Translations under genes and position numbers: made by a program
Source: an uncultured Holophagales bacterium
Lineage (GTDB): Bacteria; Acidobacteriota; Thermoanaerobaculia; UBA5066
Length of the DNA stretch: 37,601 bases
Direction: 5' to 3'
Assembly: GCA_964575465.1 (NCBI GenBank)
Contig: CAZNSS010000001.1
Span: 1 to 37,601 of the forward strand
Shown: positions 25,744 to 33,533 of the stretch, piece after piece
Layout of the letters: every line of letters begins with the position of its first letter
Numbering within the stretch: the stretch's first letter is position 1
The notes under the pieces: generated by a model
Database searches by the model: none
What the model was told of the DNA's origin: nothing
What the model saw: the letters and a program-made list of their open reading frames with translations, nothing else

Positions 25744-25940
25744 ACCCCTCACTCTCAGCCGAAGACGCGCGATTGTGGACCCGGATGACCGCAAAAGGGA
25801 AGGGCCTTTCGACGAAATCGTGCAGAACCTACCGAGTGTTCGGTCGGGTTTCGATCGTGGCGCGTCCAGGATGCCCGGCCCGTCGCCAGGGCGCGAGGCT
25901 GTTCCGCGCCCCGTTCGAGGTGGCCCGTAGCGCCGGCATC

Positions 25941-25971
25941 GAAAAAAGTGGCCCGGGCGTGAGCCCGGGCC
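25941..25971 (-). terminator. Rho-independent terminator of the 1817-aa gene
   Basis: The minus strand reads GGCCCGGGC-TCAC-GCCCGGGCC, a 9-bp all-GC stem with a 4-nt loop, followed by ACTTTTTTC. It lies 55 nt after the stop. A second 7-bp hairpin (25985-26003, AGCCCGA-N5-TCGGGCT) precedes it. Confidence 0.8.
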
Positions 25972-26025
25972 TAAGTGAGGGGTGAGCCCGACGTATTCGG
26001 GCTGGGGGTACTGTTTGAGGCCGGT

Positions 26026-29000
26026 TCAGGGCACCGGCTGGCCCGCGACGAAGGTCGCGTCGAGCGACTTCCTGTCGATGACGGTCGCGTAGGCCCCGAC
26101 GCGGGCTCCGCCACGGGGGTTGTTGATGACGATCGACGCACGCTCCGCGTCGGTCGTCGTCAGCCCCGCGAAGAGATCGTCGCTGCCGATCTGCGTGACC
26201 GGCTTGTCGGCGGTGAGCCTGACCCAGATGCTCCGCAGCGGCCGTCCGAGGAAGTCGTAGACGTTGACGTCCACCTCGGCGCTGTCCCCGACGGCGGCGC
26301 CGGGGGTGAGGAAGAGCGCGACGTTCGTCCGGAACTCCGCGTTCGCCTCGAGGCCCGAGAGGAGGATTCGCTTCGACGCGGCCTGGACCCCGATGCCGTC
26401 TTCGAAGACGTAGGGATCGACCTGGAGGCCGCTCGTGCCGGACCCCGACACCGTGTAGGTCTTTCCCGTGACGATGAGCGGCTCCGTCGGGGCAGCGTCG
26501 TCGGCGGCCGGCGTGATATCGACGTAGGACGACACGTAGTCGTGCTCGTCGTCGTCCGGGAGGCCCAGCCAGACCTTGACGAAGTCGAGCGCGGCCGCGG
26601 TCTGCCACGGCTTGAAGACCACGGTGTCGCCCAGGGTCACGCGGGCCGTGGTCCCGCTCCGGACGTAGGAGTAGGTGACCTTGATCCGGCGCTCCTTCGA
26701 GGACGGGTTCGTGATGGCGATGTCGCTCTTCCAGGTCGCCGTCCGGACGATGCCGGGGAGGCGGTAGGTCGGCGACGGCCGCGGCGCGGGGGCGACGACG
26801 ATGGAGTCGTTCGTCGCCATGTCGATGACCGTCGCGTAGGGGTAGACGCCGGAGCCCTTCTTGATCTGGATCTCGGCCGAGAAGTGGGAGACCGGCGACC
26901 CGTAGCCCGCGCCGCCGATCGGCGAGTCGGGCGCGGCCGAGAGGGCCGAGTTGAGCTGCTTGACGCCCCGCGGCTCGACGAGGAGCTTCGCGGGGACGCC
27001 GAGGACGTTTCCGGCGGCGTCGCGGAAGACGACCTCGACCTGGGCTTCCTCGTCCTTGAGGTTCGCGACGGTGAGGTTCGTCCGGAACGCGTCGTCGTGC
27101 CGAAGGCCCGCCAGGACGTTCGCGCCCGCGACGGACTGCGGCTTCACGCCGTTGGCGACCGACATCGCCGGGACCGAGAGCCCGAACGTGCCGACGGTGT
27201 CGGCGAAGGCGGCGTTGTAGGTCCGGCTCACGATGACCGGGGAGACCGGGACGTTGTCGCCGCGGACGAGGACGACGCCCCAGGCGGGCCTGCTGAGCCG
27301 GAAGAGCGATTCGAGGACGTTCGTGTACGACTTCGTCTCGCCCGCGACGAGCGCCTGCTGCAGCCACGTGATCTTCGAGGCGCCGTCCCAGCTCGAGCCG
27401 GCGACGAAGCCGAGAGACACCGTGGCCGTCTGGCTGCCCGGGTTGAAGATGGAGAGGTCGGACTGCCACCGGGCTCCGCCCGCGCCGTCGGCGAACGCCA
27501 TGCCCGCGGCGACCCAGAGGAGCGGGTCGGGCGGCGGCTTCACCGTGAAGGCGAGCGGGGAGACGGTGGTCGCGGTACCGGGCACGCCGTCGCGCGCCAC
27601 GGTGAGCTTCACCGCGAAGGTGCCGCCGCGGGAGAAGGCGTAGTCCGTCGGGGAGCCGGTCGCGAGCGGCGAGCCGTCGCCGAAGTCCCACGTGTAGCTC
27701 GTCGCCTGATCGGCTCCGGTGAAGCGGATGAGCTTGTTCGGCTCGACGGCGGAGCGGTTGACGGCGGTGCCGTCCACGTAGAGGTAGTTGTACTTGCCCG
27801 TGAGGGGGGCGCCCGTGGAGCCGTGAACGAAGACGTTGTAGCTCTTCGAGTTCGCGCCGTTCGTCAGCTTCGCGACGAAGGTCGTGTCGACGGCGGCGGT
27901 GTAGGCCTTCTGCGCCACCGCGAGGTCGGAGAACGTGCCGTCGCCGAAGTCCCAGGAGAGCCCGCCTGCCGCCGCGATCGCGGTGAATTTCAGGAGCTGG
28001 CCCGAGGTGGCCTCCCAGGTGGTCGAGTCCTTCTTCGAGACGGCGGCTCCCGTGCCGGCGTCGGCCACGGAGTAGTCGAGGAAGGACTGGCCGCTGGACG
28101 GGGCGATGCTGATGCTCGCCGTCGCGTTGCAGCCCGTGGACGCGAGGGTCACGGTGTACTGCTGCGAGGCCGAGCCGGGGAGGGTGTAGGCGTAGACGTA
28201 GTTGTTGCCCGTGCCCGACGCGCCGTTCCCGAAGTTCCAGCTGATCGTCCCGGTCGCGCCGGTCGCCACGAAGGTGAGGGGCTGCCCGCTCGTCGCCTCG
28301 TAGATCTTGTAGACCGGGTCGTAGGAGATCCTCGCTCCCTCCGAGTTCTTGATGTCCAGGCTGCAGCTCGCCGGGAGGTCTCCGCCGGTGACCGTGAGCT
28401 GGTTCACGCGGGTGGAGCTCGACTGGAAGGACGCATCGTTGGCGACGCACGAGAAGGTCTTGGTGCCCGCGGTGGCGTAGGAATAGCTCGTCGTCCGCGA
28501 GGTCGTGGTGCGCGTCACGCCGTAGTCGAGCGTCCAGTCGTACGACGTGATGGCGGCTCCGCCCGAGGTCGCGTTGCAGGTGAAGGTCACGCTCTGCCCC
28601 GTGATCGGGGTGTAGTTGGACGCCGTCACCGAGGTCACGGTCGGCGGGCCGCCCGTGCTGCCGCCTCCGCCACCGCTTCCGCCACCGCCTCCGGTGGCGG
28701 TGCCGACGATGAGCTTCGCCGGCTGCGGATCGATTCCGTAGCCGGTGAGGGTGATCTCGTAGTCACCCGCCGTCGGGATCGAGAACGTCTGGCCCTGCGC
28801 CGTCCCCATCGCCGTCGCCGACCCGCCGCTCTGGGGCCTGTAGGACCAGCTGAGCGCGGGCGGGTTCGAGTCCTGCACGCCGTTGATGTAGGCGTAGGCC
28901 CGCGCCTGCACGCTCGCGGTGAGGTCGTAGGTGCCGTTGAACGACGGGAGGTCCGCCGTGTTGGCCAGGTTCCTCAGGCGAATCGTCGGCGTCGCGGCGA

Positions 29001-31479
29001 CGACGATCAGCTGCGACCAGCCGGTCGCCGGCCACTGGGCGACCTGCGGCGAAGCGCAGCTGCCGCTCGTGGTGTAGCTGTAGCGAATCCGCAGGCCCCA
29101 GGTGCCCTCGGACGGCGTCGGGATCGACAGCGTCCCCGTTCCGCTGGCCGGGAAGGGGTTCGAGACGGAGACACCCGTCGAGTACGGGCCCTCGATGCAG
29201 CTCCCGCCGAGGACTTCGCAGAAGTTGTAGGAGAAGCCCGACCCCGTGGCAGGGCAGTTCCCAACCGTGAGGGCCTTCTTGGACGCGCTCGAGACCGTGA
29301 GGGACGGGGTACCGACGAGCGCCGACGCCGGGGCCGTGAGGGAGAGGACGACGTCCGTGACCGTCACGGTCCTGGCCACGTCGCCCGAGCAGGTGAGCTG
29401 GTCACCCGAGAGCCCCGGGCACTCGGCCGTCCGGAAGCCGCCACGGTAGGGCACCGAGACCCAGTAGCGGTAGCTGCCGGACCGCTGAAGGCCCGGGTTC
29501 GTCTGGCCGTCCTGGACGAACGCCGGCGCGCAGGTCGGTCCCGTGCAGCCCGGCTCGAGCGTCAGGAGGTCCGCACCCGTCTCGCCGACAGGTACGCGGG
29601 CGACGTACCAGCGGTAGCCGGTCGTCGCCGGGCTTCCCTCCGAGGCGTCCTCGAGCGTTCCCCCGGAGAGGATCGCGGAGCTCTTCAGGAGCTGGTGCGG
29701 CACTTTCCAGGTGATGCGGTGCCTGGCCACCGAAGAGCCGCCCGAGTTGAATGCGTTCTGCACCTCGAGGGCAACCGACAGCTGCTTGTCGACCGGCGCG
29801 GAGGCGGAAAAGTCCGCCGTCGTGGCCGGAGAGACGGCGTAGACGTCGTTCGTCGTGACGGATTCCCAGCAGCCGGCTCCGGTCGACGGGACGGGGGCGG
29901 AGCCTCCCCCTGGCACCAGGGCCGGGTCGCAGGGCCCGATCAGCGTGTACGTGCTCGGCGGAAGGGCGGGGCCCTCCGTCCGCGACTCGTCCGCGTTGAG
30001 GAGCCGCATCGCCGAGGCCTGCGAGTCGAGGGCGTTGCCGTCGTGGAAGTCGTAGTCGAGCCGCCAGTCGGTGAGAGGGGCCACCGAGTCCGGAGGCGAG
30101 AAGGACGGCTTGATCCGGAGCTCGTCCCCGATGAAGACGCTCCCTCCGTCGGGGACGCTCGTCGCCGCGCCGGTCGTCGGGATCCGGTCGACGGAAAGGA
30201 GGGCGGTCGCCGGGCCCGGCGCCGTCGAGCAGTCGAGAGACATCGCGTAGGCGAACCCGCCGTCCGCGAGGTAGAGGTGGGCGTTCCCGCCGGTGCTGCG
30301 GAATCCCACCAGGCCCCCGATCGCCGCCGGGTTCGTGATGGTCGCCGCCGAGGCCGCCAGGTTCGTCCCGAAGTCCATCGACGAGCGGACCTGCAGTCGC
30401 ATGCCGCCTGCCGTGAGGCGGTGCATCAGGAACGCGACGACGTCCGTGTTGAACGCGAGGAGAACCATCCCCTTCTGGGCGAGGTTCTGGCCGTCAGGGG
30501 GTACGAACGACCCGATGGTCGCGATGTTGCCGTTCGCCGGGTCGACGCGGTGGAGCGAGACGAAGGTCGAATACGCGTAAGGGCGGATGTAGCGGGCAGA
30601 CTCGACGAGGATGTGGAGCGCCCCGTCCGACGGGTGCGCAACGGCGGCCACGTTGTTGATGTAGCTCCCCGAGGGGACACCCAGCTCCGTGGCCGAATAC
30701 TCTCTCCAGGAAAGGGCCGCCGCGATGCCGGGCACCGGGGCCGAGCCGGCGTTCGTGGCGTCGATGACGACGACGCGCGCCTGGGACGAGCCGACGATCC
30801 ACTGCCGGGAGGGGCTCTCGACCGCCTCCATGCCCGACAGGTCGCTCCCGAGGGCCGTCACCTTCTCGGACGGAATTCCGTTCTTCGCCGCCGAGCCCGC
30901 GCCCCCCGCCACGTTGGTGATGTTGGCGGCAAAGACCCCCACCACCGAGGAGGTAAACCCGAGGTAGCTGCTCCCGACCTTCAGGACGGCGCTGTAGTTG
31001 GAGTTGTAGCCGGCCGGCAGGTAGTCGCCGCCGCTTCCGAACCCCGGACCGCTGTACGCCTCCGCGATCGTCCCGTAGCCCACCTCGTCCGTCCAGGGGA
31101 GGACGACGCGCTGCCCGTCCGGCGAGAGCGCGATCTTCCCGGTCCGGGTCTGGCCGTCGCCGCTCTTCGGGTAGCCCCCGGAAAGGAAGCTCTGCGACGC
31201 CGTCATCGACGGGGCCGCCGGGCTCGCCAGGCTGTAGGTCACGAACCCGTAGTTGTACCGGAGGACCAGTCGCCGGGAGCTCCCCGAGATCCCCATGGAG
31301 TCGTTCGTCGGCCGCAGCCCCGAAGGCGCGCCCGATGCGGGGGGATCGAACTGCGACGGGGAGTTCAGGACCTGGCACTGGGCGTCGAGCCGCGGAGAGA
31401 CCCACACGGTCGCCGCGGCGACCAGGAGCAGGCTGGCGAAACGACGCTGCGTAGCACGCAGAAGGACGACTGAATTCAT
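26026..31479 (-). CDS. Exported 1817-aa PKD-repeat protein with unassigned N-terminal domain and twin C-terminal modules
   Basis: The track ORF starts at ATG 31479 with AAGGGGG 4 nt upstream. The product begins MNSVVLLRATQRRFASLLLVAAATVWVSPRLDA|QC (signal peptide). PKD signatures are YDFHDGN, YDWTLDYG, SWNFGNGA, SWDFGDGT and YTWDFGDGS. The codon-aligned antisense ORF (25975..31473) is R/E/D/G-rich junk. Confidence 0.93.
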   Translation of the reverse strand: MNSVVLLRATQRRFASLLLVAAATVWVSPRLDAQCQVLNSPSQFDPPASGAPSGLRPTNDSMGISGSSRRLVLRYNYGFVTYSLASPAAPSMTASQSFLSGGYPKSGDGQTRTGKIALSPDGQRVVLPWTDEVGYGTIAEAYSGPGFGSGGDYLPAGYNSNYSAVLKVGSSYLGFTSSVVGVFAANITNVAGGAGSAAKNGIPSEKVTALGSDLSGMEAVESPSRQWIVGSSQARVVVIDATNAGSAPVPGIAAALSWREYSATELGVPSGSYINNVAAVAHPSDGALHILVESARYIRPYAYSTFVSLHRVDPANGNIATIGSFVPPDGQNLAQKGMVLLAFNTDVVAFLMHRLTAGGMRLQVRSSMDFGTNLAASAATITNPAAIGGLVGFRSTGGNAHLYLADGGFAYAMSLDCSTAPGPATALLSVDRIPTTGAATSVPDGGSVFIGDELRIKPSFSPPDSVAPLTDWRLDYDFHDGNALDSQASAMRLLNADESRTEGPALPPSTYTLIGPCDPALVPGGGSAPVPSTGAGCWESVTTNDVYAVSPATTADFSASAPVDKQLSVALEVQNAFNSGGSSVARHRITWKVPHQLLKSSAILSGGTLEDASEGSPATTGYRWYVARVPVGETGADLLTLEPGCTGPTCAPAFVQDGQTNPGLQRSGSYRYWVSVPYRGGFRTAECPGLSGDQLTCSGDVARTVTVTDVVLSLTAPASALVGTPSLTVSSASKKALTVGNCPATGSGFSYNFCEVLGGSCIEGPYSTGVSVSNPFPASGTGTLSIPTPSEGTWGLRIRYSYTTSGSCASPQVAQWPATGWSQLIVVAATPTIRLRNLANTADLPSFNGTYDLTASVQARAYAYINGVQDSNPPALSWSYRPQSGGSATAMGTAQGQTFSIPTAGDYEITLTGYGIDPQPAKLIVGTATGGGGGSGGGGGSTGGPPTVTSVTASNYTPITGQSVTFTCNATSGGAAITSYDWTLDYGVTRTTTSRTTSYSYATAGTKTFSCVANDASFQSSSTRVNQLTVTGGDLPASCSLDIKNSEGARISYDPVYKIYEATSGQPLTFVATGATGTISWNFGNGASGTGNNYVYAYTLPGSASQQYTVTLASTGCNATASISIAPSSGQSFLDYSVADAGTGAAVSKKDSTTWEATSGQLLKFTAIAAAGGLSWDFGDGTFSDLAVAQKAYTAAVDTTFVAKLTNGANSKSYNVFVHGSTGAPLTGKYNYLYVDGTAVNRSAVEPNKLIRFTGADQATSYTWDFGDGSPLATGSPTDYAFSRGGTFAVKLTVARDGVPGTATTVSPLAFTVKPPPDPLLWVAAGMAFADGAGGARWQSDLSIFNPGSQTATVSLGFVAGSSWDGASKITWLQQALVAGETKSYTNVLESLFRLSRPAWGVVLVRGDNVPVSPVIVSRTYNAAFADTVGTFGLSVPAMSVANGVKPQSVAGANVLAGLRHDDAFRTNLTVANLKDEEAQVEVVFRDAAGNVLGVPAKLLVEPRGVKQLNSALSAAPDSPIGGAGYGSPVSHFSAEIQIKKGSGVYPYATVIDMATNDSIVVAPAPRPSPTYRLPGIVRTATWKSDIAITNPSSKERRIKVTYSYVRSGTTARVTLGDTVVFKPWQTAAALDFVKVWLGLPDDDEHDYVSSYVDITPAADDAAPTEPLIVTGKTYTVSGSGTSGLQVDPYVFEDGIGVQAASKRILLSGLEANAEFRTNVALFLTPGAAVGDSAEVDVNVYDFLGRPLRSIWVRLTADKPVTQIGSDDLFAGLTTTDAERASIVINNPRGGARVGAYATVIDRKSLDATFVAGQPVP
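26029..27540 (-). repeat. Two tandem copies of an unnamed ~250-aa C-terminal module
   Basis: Copy 1 contains GGARWQSDLSIFNPGSQTATVSLGFV...FRTNLTVANLKDEEAQVEVVF...YPYATVIDMATNDSIVVAPA. Copy 2 contains RTATWKSDIAITNPSSKERRIKVTYSYV...FRTNVALFLTPGAAVGDSAEVDVNVY...GAYATVIDRKSLDATFVAGQ. The order of W-x-S-D-[LI]-x-I-x-N-P, F-R-T-N-[LV] and Y-A-T-V-I-D motifs is the same in both. Confidence 0.55.
27560..30110 (-). repeat. Array of about 8 PKD/Ig-like domains, with a GGGGGSGGGGGS linker at about 28663-28705
   Basis: W-x-F-G-[DN]-G motifs on the minus strand lie at about 27673-27690, 27937-27954 and 28213-28230. YDWTLDYG is at about 28513-28540 and YDFHDGN at about 30035-30055. Three less canonical Ig-like units lie between them. 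Confidence 0.7.
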
Positions 31480-31561
31480 TCAACCCCCTTGGAAGGCACC
31501 CCAATATTCAGAACCTCGCGGCCCGAGAGCGGGCCACGCGGCGAAAGAGTCAACCGGGGCC

Positions 31562-31590
31562 ATTATAGGCCAGAGGGGCCGTATCGGCAC
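31562..31590 (-). promoter_or_regulatory. Candidate promoter of the 1817-aa gene (perfect TATAAT, weak -35)
   Basis: The minus strand reads GTGCCG-N17-TATAAT, with TATAAT at 31567-31562, about 80 nt upstream of ATG 31479 and downstream of the preceding terminator. The -35 matches only 3 of 6 positions. Confidence 0.35.
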
Positions 31591-31667
31591 ACTCCACCAG
31601 GATTCGGGCCCCGCATCGGAAGGTAGTGACGGGGACCACGAAATCTCACCGGTTCCGCGAGGACGCC

Positions 31668-31704
31668 AGAGAAAGAAAAAGAGCGGGCGGCTTTCGCCGC
31701 CCGC
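31668..31704 (-). terminator. Rho-independent terminator of the 503-aa gene
   Basis: The minus strand reads GCGGGCGGC-GAAA-GCCGCCCGC, a 9-bp GC stem (31704-31683), followed by TCTTTTTCTTTCTCT. It lies 27 nt after the TAA stop. Confidence 0.85.
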
Positions 31705-31730
31705 CCAGGGTTGATCTACCGAAGGATCGC

Positions 31731-33242
31731 TTACTCGGCGACGCCGCCGAAGGCGATGTTGCCCGGATCAGCGAAAACGCCCGTGCAGTTGAAATCGTGG
31801 TTGAACAGCGTGGCGGCGTGGCCGACGCTGACGAACGCGCCCGGAGCGGTGTGCTGCACACCGACCCAAGCCTGGTGGTAGCGGTCGCTGTTGTTCGGGT
31901 TGAACGTGAAGCGCGTCCAGCCGCCCTTGAAGCCGGCCGGGTTCATGTCCGCGTTGCCGGAGATGATCACGCGGTTGGCTTCCCACCACACGTACGGGTT
32001 GTTCGAGACCTGGACGTCGCCCGACGGGCCGCCGCCGGTCTGCTCGTTCTGGTTCTCGTCGTTGTCCCAGGTGGAGATGGAGATCTGACGGCCGTTGCGA
32101 GCGATGTCGCAGAGGTTCACGCCAACGTTCGTGTGAACGGTGGTCGCGTTGTCGGCGTCCCAGCGGTCGCCGCGCCAGATGGTCGCCCAGGTCTGGAGGC
32201 CGGCGTCCGCGTCGCTCAGGTAGCGGAAGCCGTAGGCCGTGCCGAGGGGCTCGCGGCCGTCGCCGGAGAACTGGTAGGCGGCCGGGACGTCGGCGTCAGC
32301 GGCCGGGACCGGGTCGATGTAGTTCGCGCCCTGGGTGCTGTAGCGCGCGTAGAAGGTCTTGAGGGTCGAGGTCGTCCAGTCGTTGGCGGGGGACTCGAGG
32401 CGAACGTCGAACTCGAGAGCGATGGCCGCCTCACCGGAGATGTTGCCACCGGCGTTGGACGGGTCGATGAAGAACACGTCGCCCATGAGGACGTTCGTGC
32501 CGCCGTTGTCGTCCCAGCCGACCGTCGCGATGGCGTCGAGCGTGTAGAACTGGTACTGGTTCGGGAAGTAGTTGGTGCAGTAGTTGACGACGTCGATCGT
32601 CAGGTAGCCGGTGAAGTCGCCCGCGAAGGCGCCGTCAGCCGTGCCGCCGCAAGCGGCGTTGTCGGCCTCGTTGGTCGGGCGCGTGATGAGGGAGATGTAG
32701 TCGGCGCTCTGGTCGAGGGAGTCCCAGATACGGTTGCGGAAGTTCCCGCCGAAGGCCGGGGTGGCGTAGAACCCGATCGAGTCGAAGTAGTCGCCGTTCG
32801 GGGCCTCGGGGTGCAGGAAGCGCATGTAGTCGGACTGGTCTTCACCGATGAACGCTGCGTTCTTGCAGGGGTCGGTGCCGGCAGCCGAGAGCTTCTGCGT
32901 GTTCGGGTTGACGTTCAGCTTGCCGTTGAGGATGTCCTTCATGCGGAAGAACGCAACGTCGTAGCCCGTCATCGGAACGTTGAAGTCGAGGACGGGGGCG
33001 GACTGCTTGTTCCACACGGTGACGTGGGCAACGATGCCGAACTCGGAGACGTTCGTCAGGGCGACGAGCGTGTCCGTGCCGCCCTCGGGGATCTCCCCGG
33101 AGGTGGCGGAGTTGCGGGAAACCTTGAAATACGGCACGAGAAGCGTAGCGCCCGGGACGTTGTCATACGCGCACGTCACGGCGTAGCTCGTCCCCGTCGC
33201 CGCGAGGAGCGCGAGGGCAACCAAAACAGTAAACTTCTTCAT
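31731..33242 (-). CDS. Secreted 503-aa protein of unknown family; probably very highly expressed
   Basis: The track ORF 31731..33248 starts at GTG. I prefer ATG 33242, which has AGGAG 5 nt upstream. The product begins MKKFTVLVALALLAATGTSYA|VTCAYDNVPG (signal peptide). It is rich in N/D/F/Y/T/W and poor in A/R compared with its neighbours, with 6 Cys. Codons are strongly C-ending (AAC, GAC, TTC, TAC, ATC). Ser is mostly TCC, against TCG in the neighbours. The stop is TAA and the first codons are AT-rich. The gene has its own promoter and terminator. Confidence 0.9.
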   Translation of the reverse strand: MKKFTVLVALALLAATGTSYAVTCAYDNVPGATLLVPYFKVSRNSATSGEIPEGGTDTLVALTNVSEFGIVAHVTVWNKQSAPVLDFNVPMTGYDVAFFRMKDILNGKLNVNPNTQKLSAAGTDPCKNAAFIGEDQSDYMRFLHPEAPNGDYFDSIGFYATPAFGGNFRNRIWDSLDQSADYISLITRPTNEADNAACGGTADGAFAGDFTGYLTIDVVNYCTNYFPNQYQFYTLDAIATVGWDDNGGTNVLMGDVFFIDPSNAGGNISGEAAIALEFDVRLESPANDWTTSTLKTFYARYSTQGANYIDPVPAADADVPAAYQFSGDGREPLGTAYGFRYLSDADAGLQTWATIWRGDRWDADNATTVHTNVGVNLCDIARNGRQISISTWDNDENQNEQTGGGPSGDVQVSNNPYVWWEANRVIISGNADMNPAGFKGGWTRFTFNPNNSDRYHQAWVGVQHTAPGAFVSVGHAATLFNHDFNCTGVFADPGNIAFGGVAE

Positions 33243-33434
33243 TTCCACTCCTGCTGATTCGATGTGAAAGATGGGGCTGAAACGACGAGGCTGAGGGTTG
33301 GACTCTCCCCCGATATCGAATCACCTCCCGTGAGTTCGATGGTCTTCATCCCGAATTCGAACCCCGCGGCCTTCGGCCCTTCCTGGCGAGACGAAGCGCG
33401 GGAAAAGCTGTGTGCACTCATGTGACTTGGGGGA

Positions 33435-33463
33435 AGGTTAGGGGCGCTATTCGGAAAAGTCAA
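33435..33463 (-). promoter_or_regulatory. Sigma70-like promoter of the 503-aa gene
   Basis: The minus strand reads TTGACT (33463-33458), N17, TAACCT (33440-33435). It sits in a locally AT-richer intergenic region. The predicted leader is about 185 nt. Confidence 0.5.
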
Positions 33464-33533
33464 GCGCGGAGACCACGAAATATGCTCCGGTCCCATATTT
33501 CTTCAGGCGCCCCCTTCACGGCCCGGCGACCCC

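Noticed and set aside
25744-25940. Search for a promoter of the AraC-like gene
   Set aside because: The best candidate (TCGAAA-N17-TAGGTT) matches only 4 of 6 and 3 of 6 positions. That is too weak to report as a feature without TSS data.
28660-28705. Low-complexity gcc/gcc/acc DNA run that looks like a microsatellite
   Set aside because: It is in frame and encodes a GGGGGSGGGGGS interdomain linker in the 1817-aa protein. There is no repeat-spacer structure and no perfect tandem unit.
25975-31473. 1832-aa plus-strand ORF almost exactly mirroring the 1817-aa minus-strand gene
   Set aside because: It is the codon-aligned antisense frame, where its stops would require TTA, CTA or TCA codons in the sense gene. 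The sense gene contains none, as expected with extreme GC3 bias. The product is R/E/D/G/V-rich with no motifs, while the minus frame has a signal peptide and PKD signatures.
31626-33257. 543-aa plus-strand ORF opposite the 503-aa gene
   Set aside because: The same codon-aligned antisense artefact. The product is V/R/G/E/D-rich and featureless. The minus frame has an SD, signal peptide, promoter and terminator.
33239-33496. 85-aa minus-strand ORF covering the 503-aa gene's leader and promoter
   Set aside because: It starts upstream of the predicted -35/-10, has low GC3 for this genome, has no SD and has no recognisable features. Only its last 36 codons are kept as a low-probability uORF in the findings.
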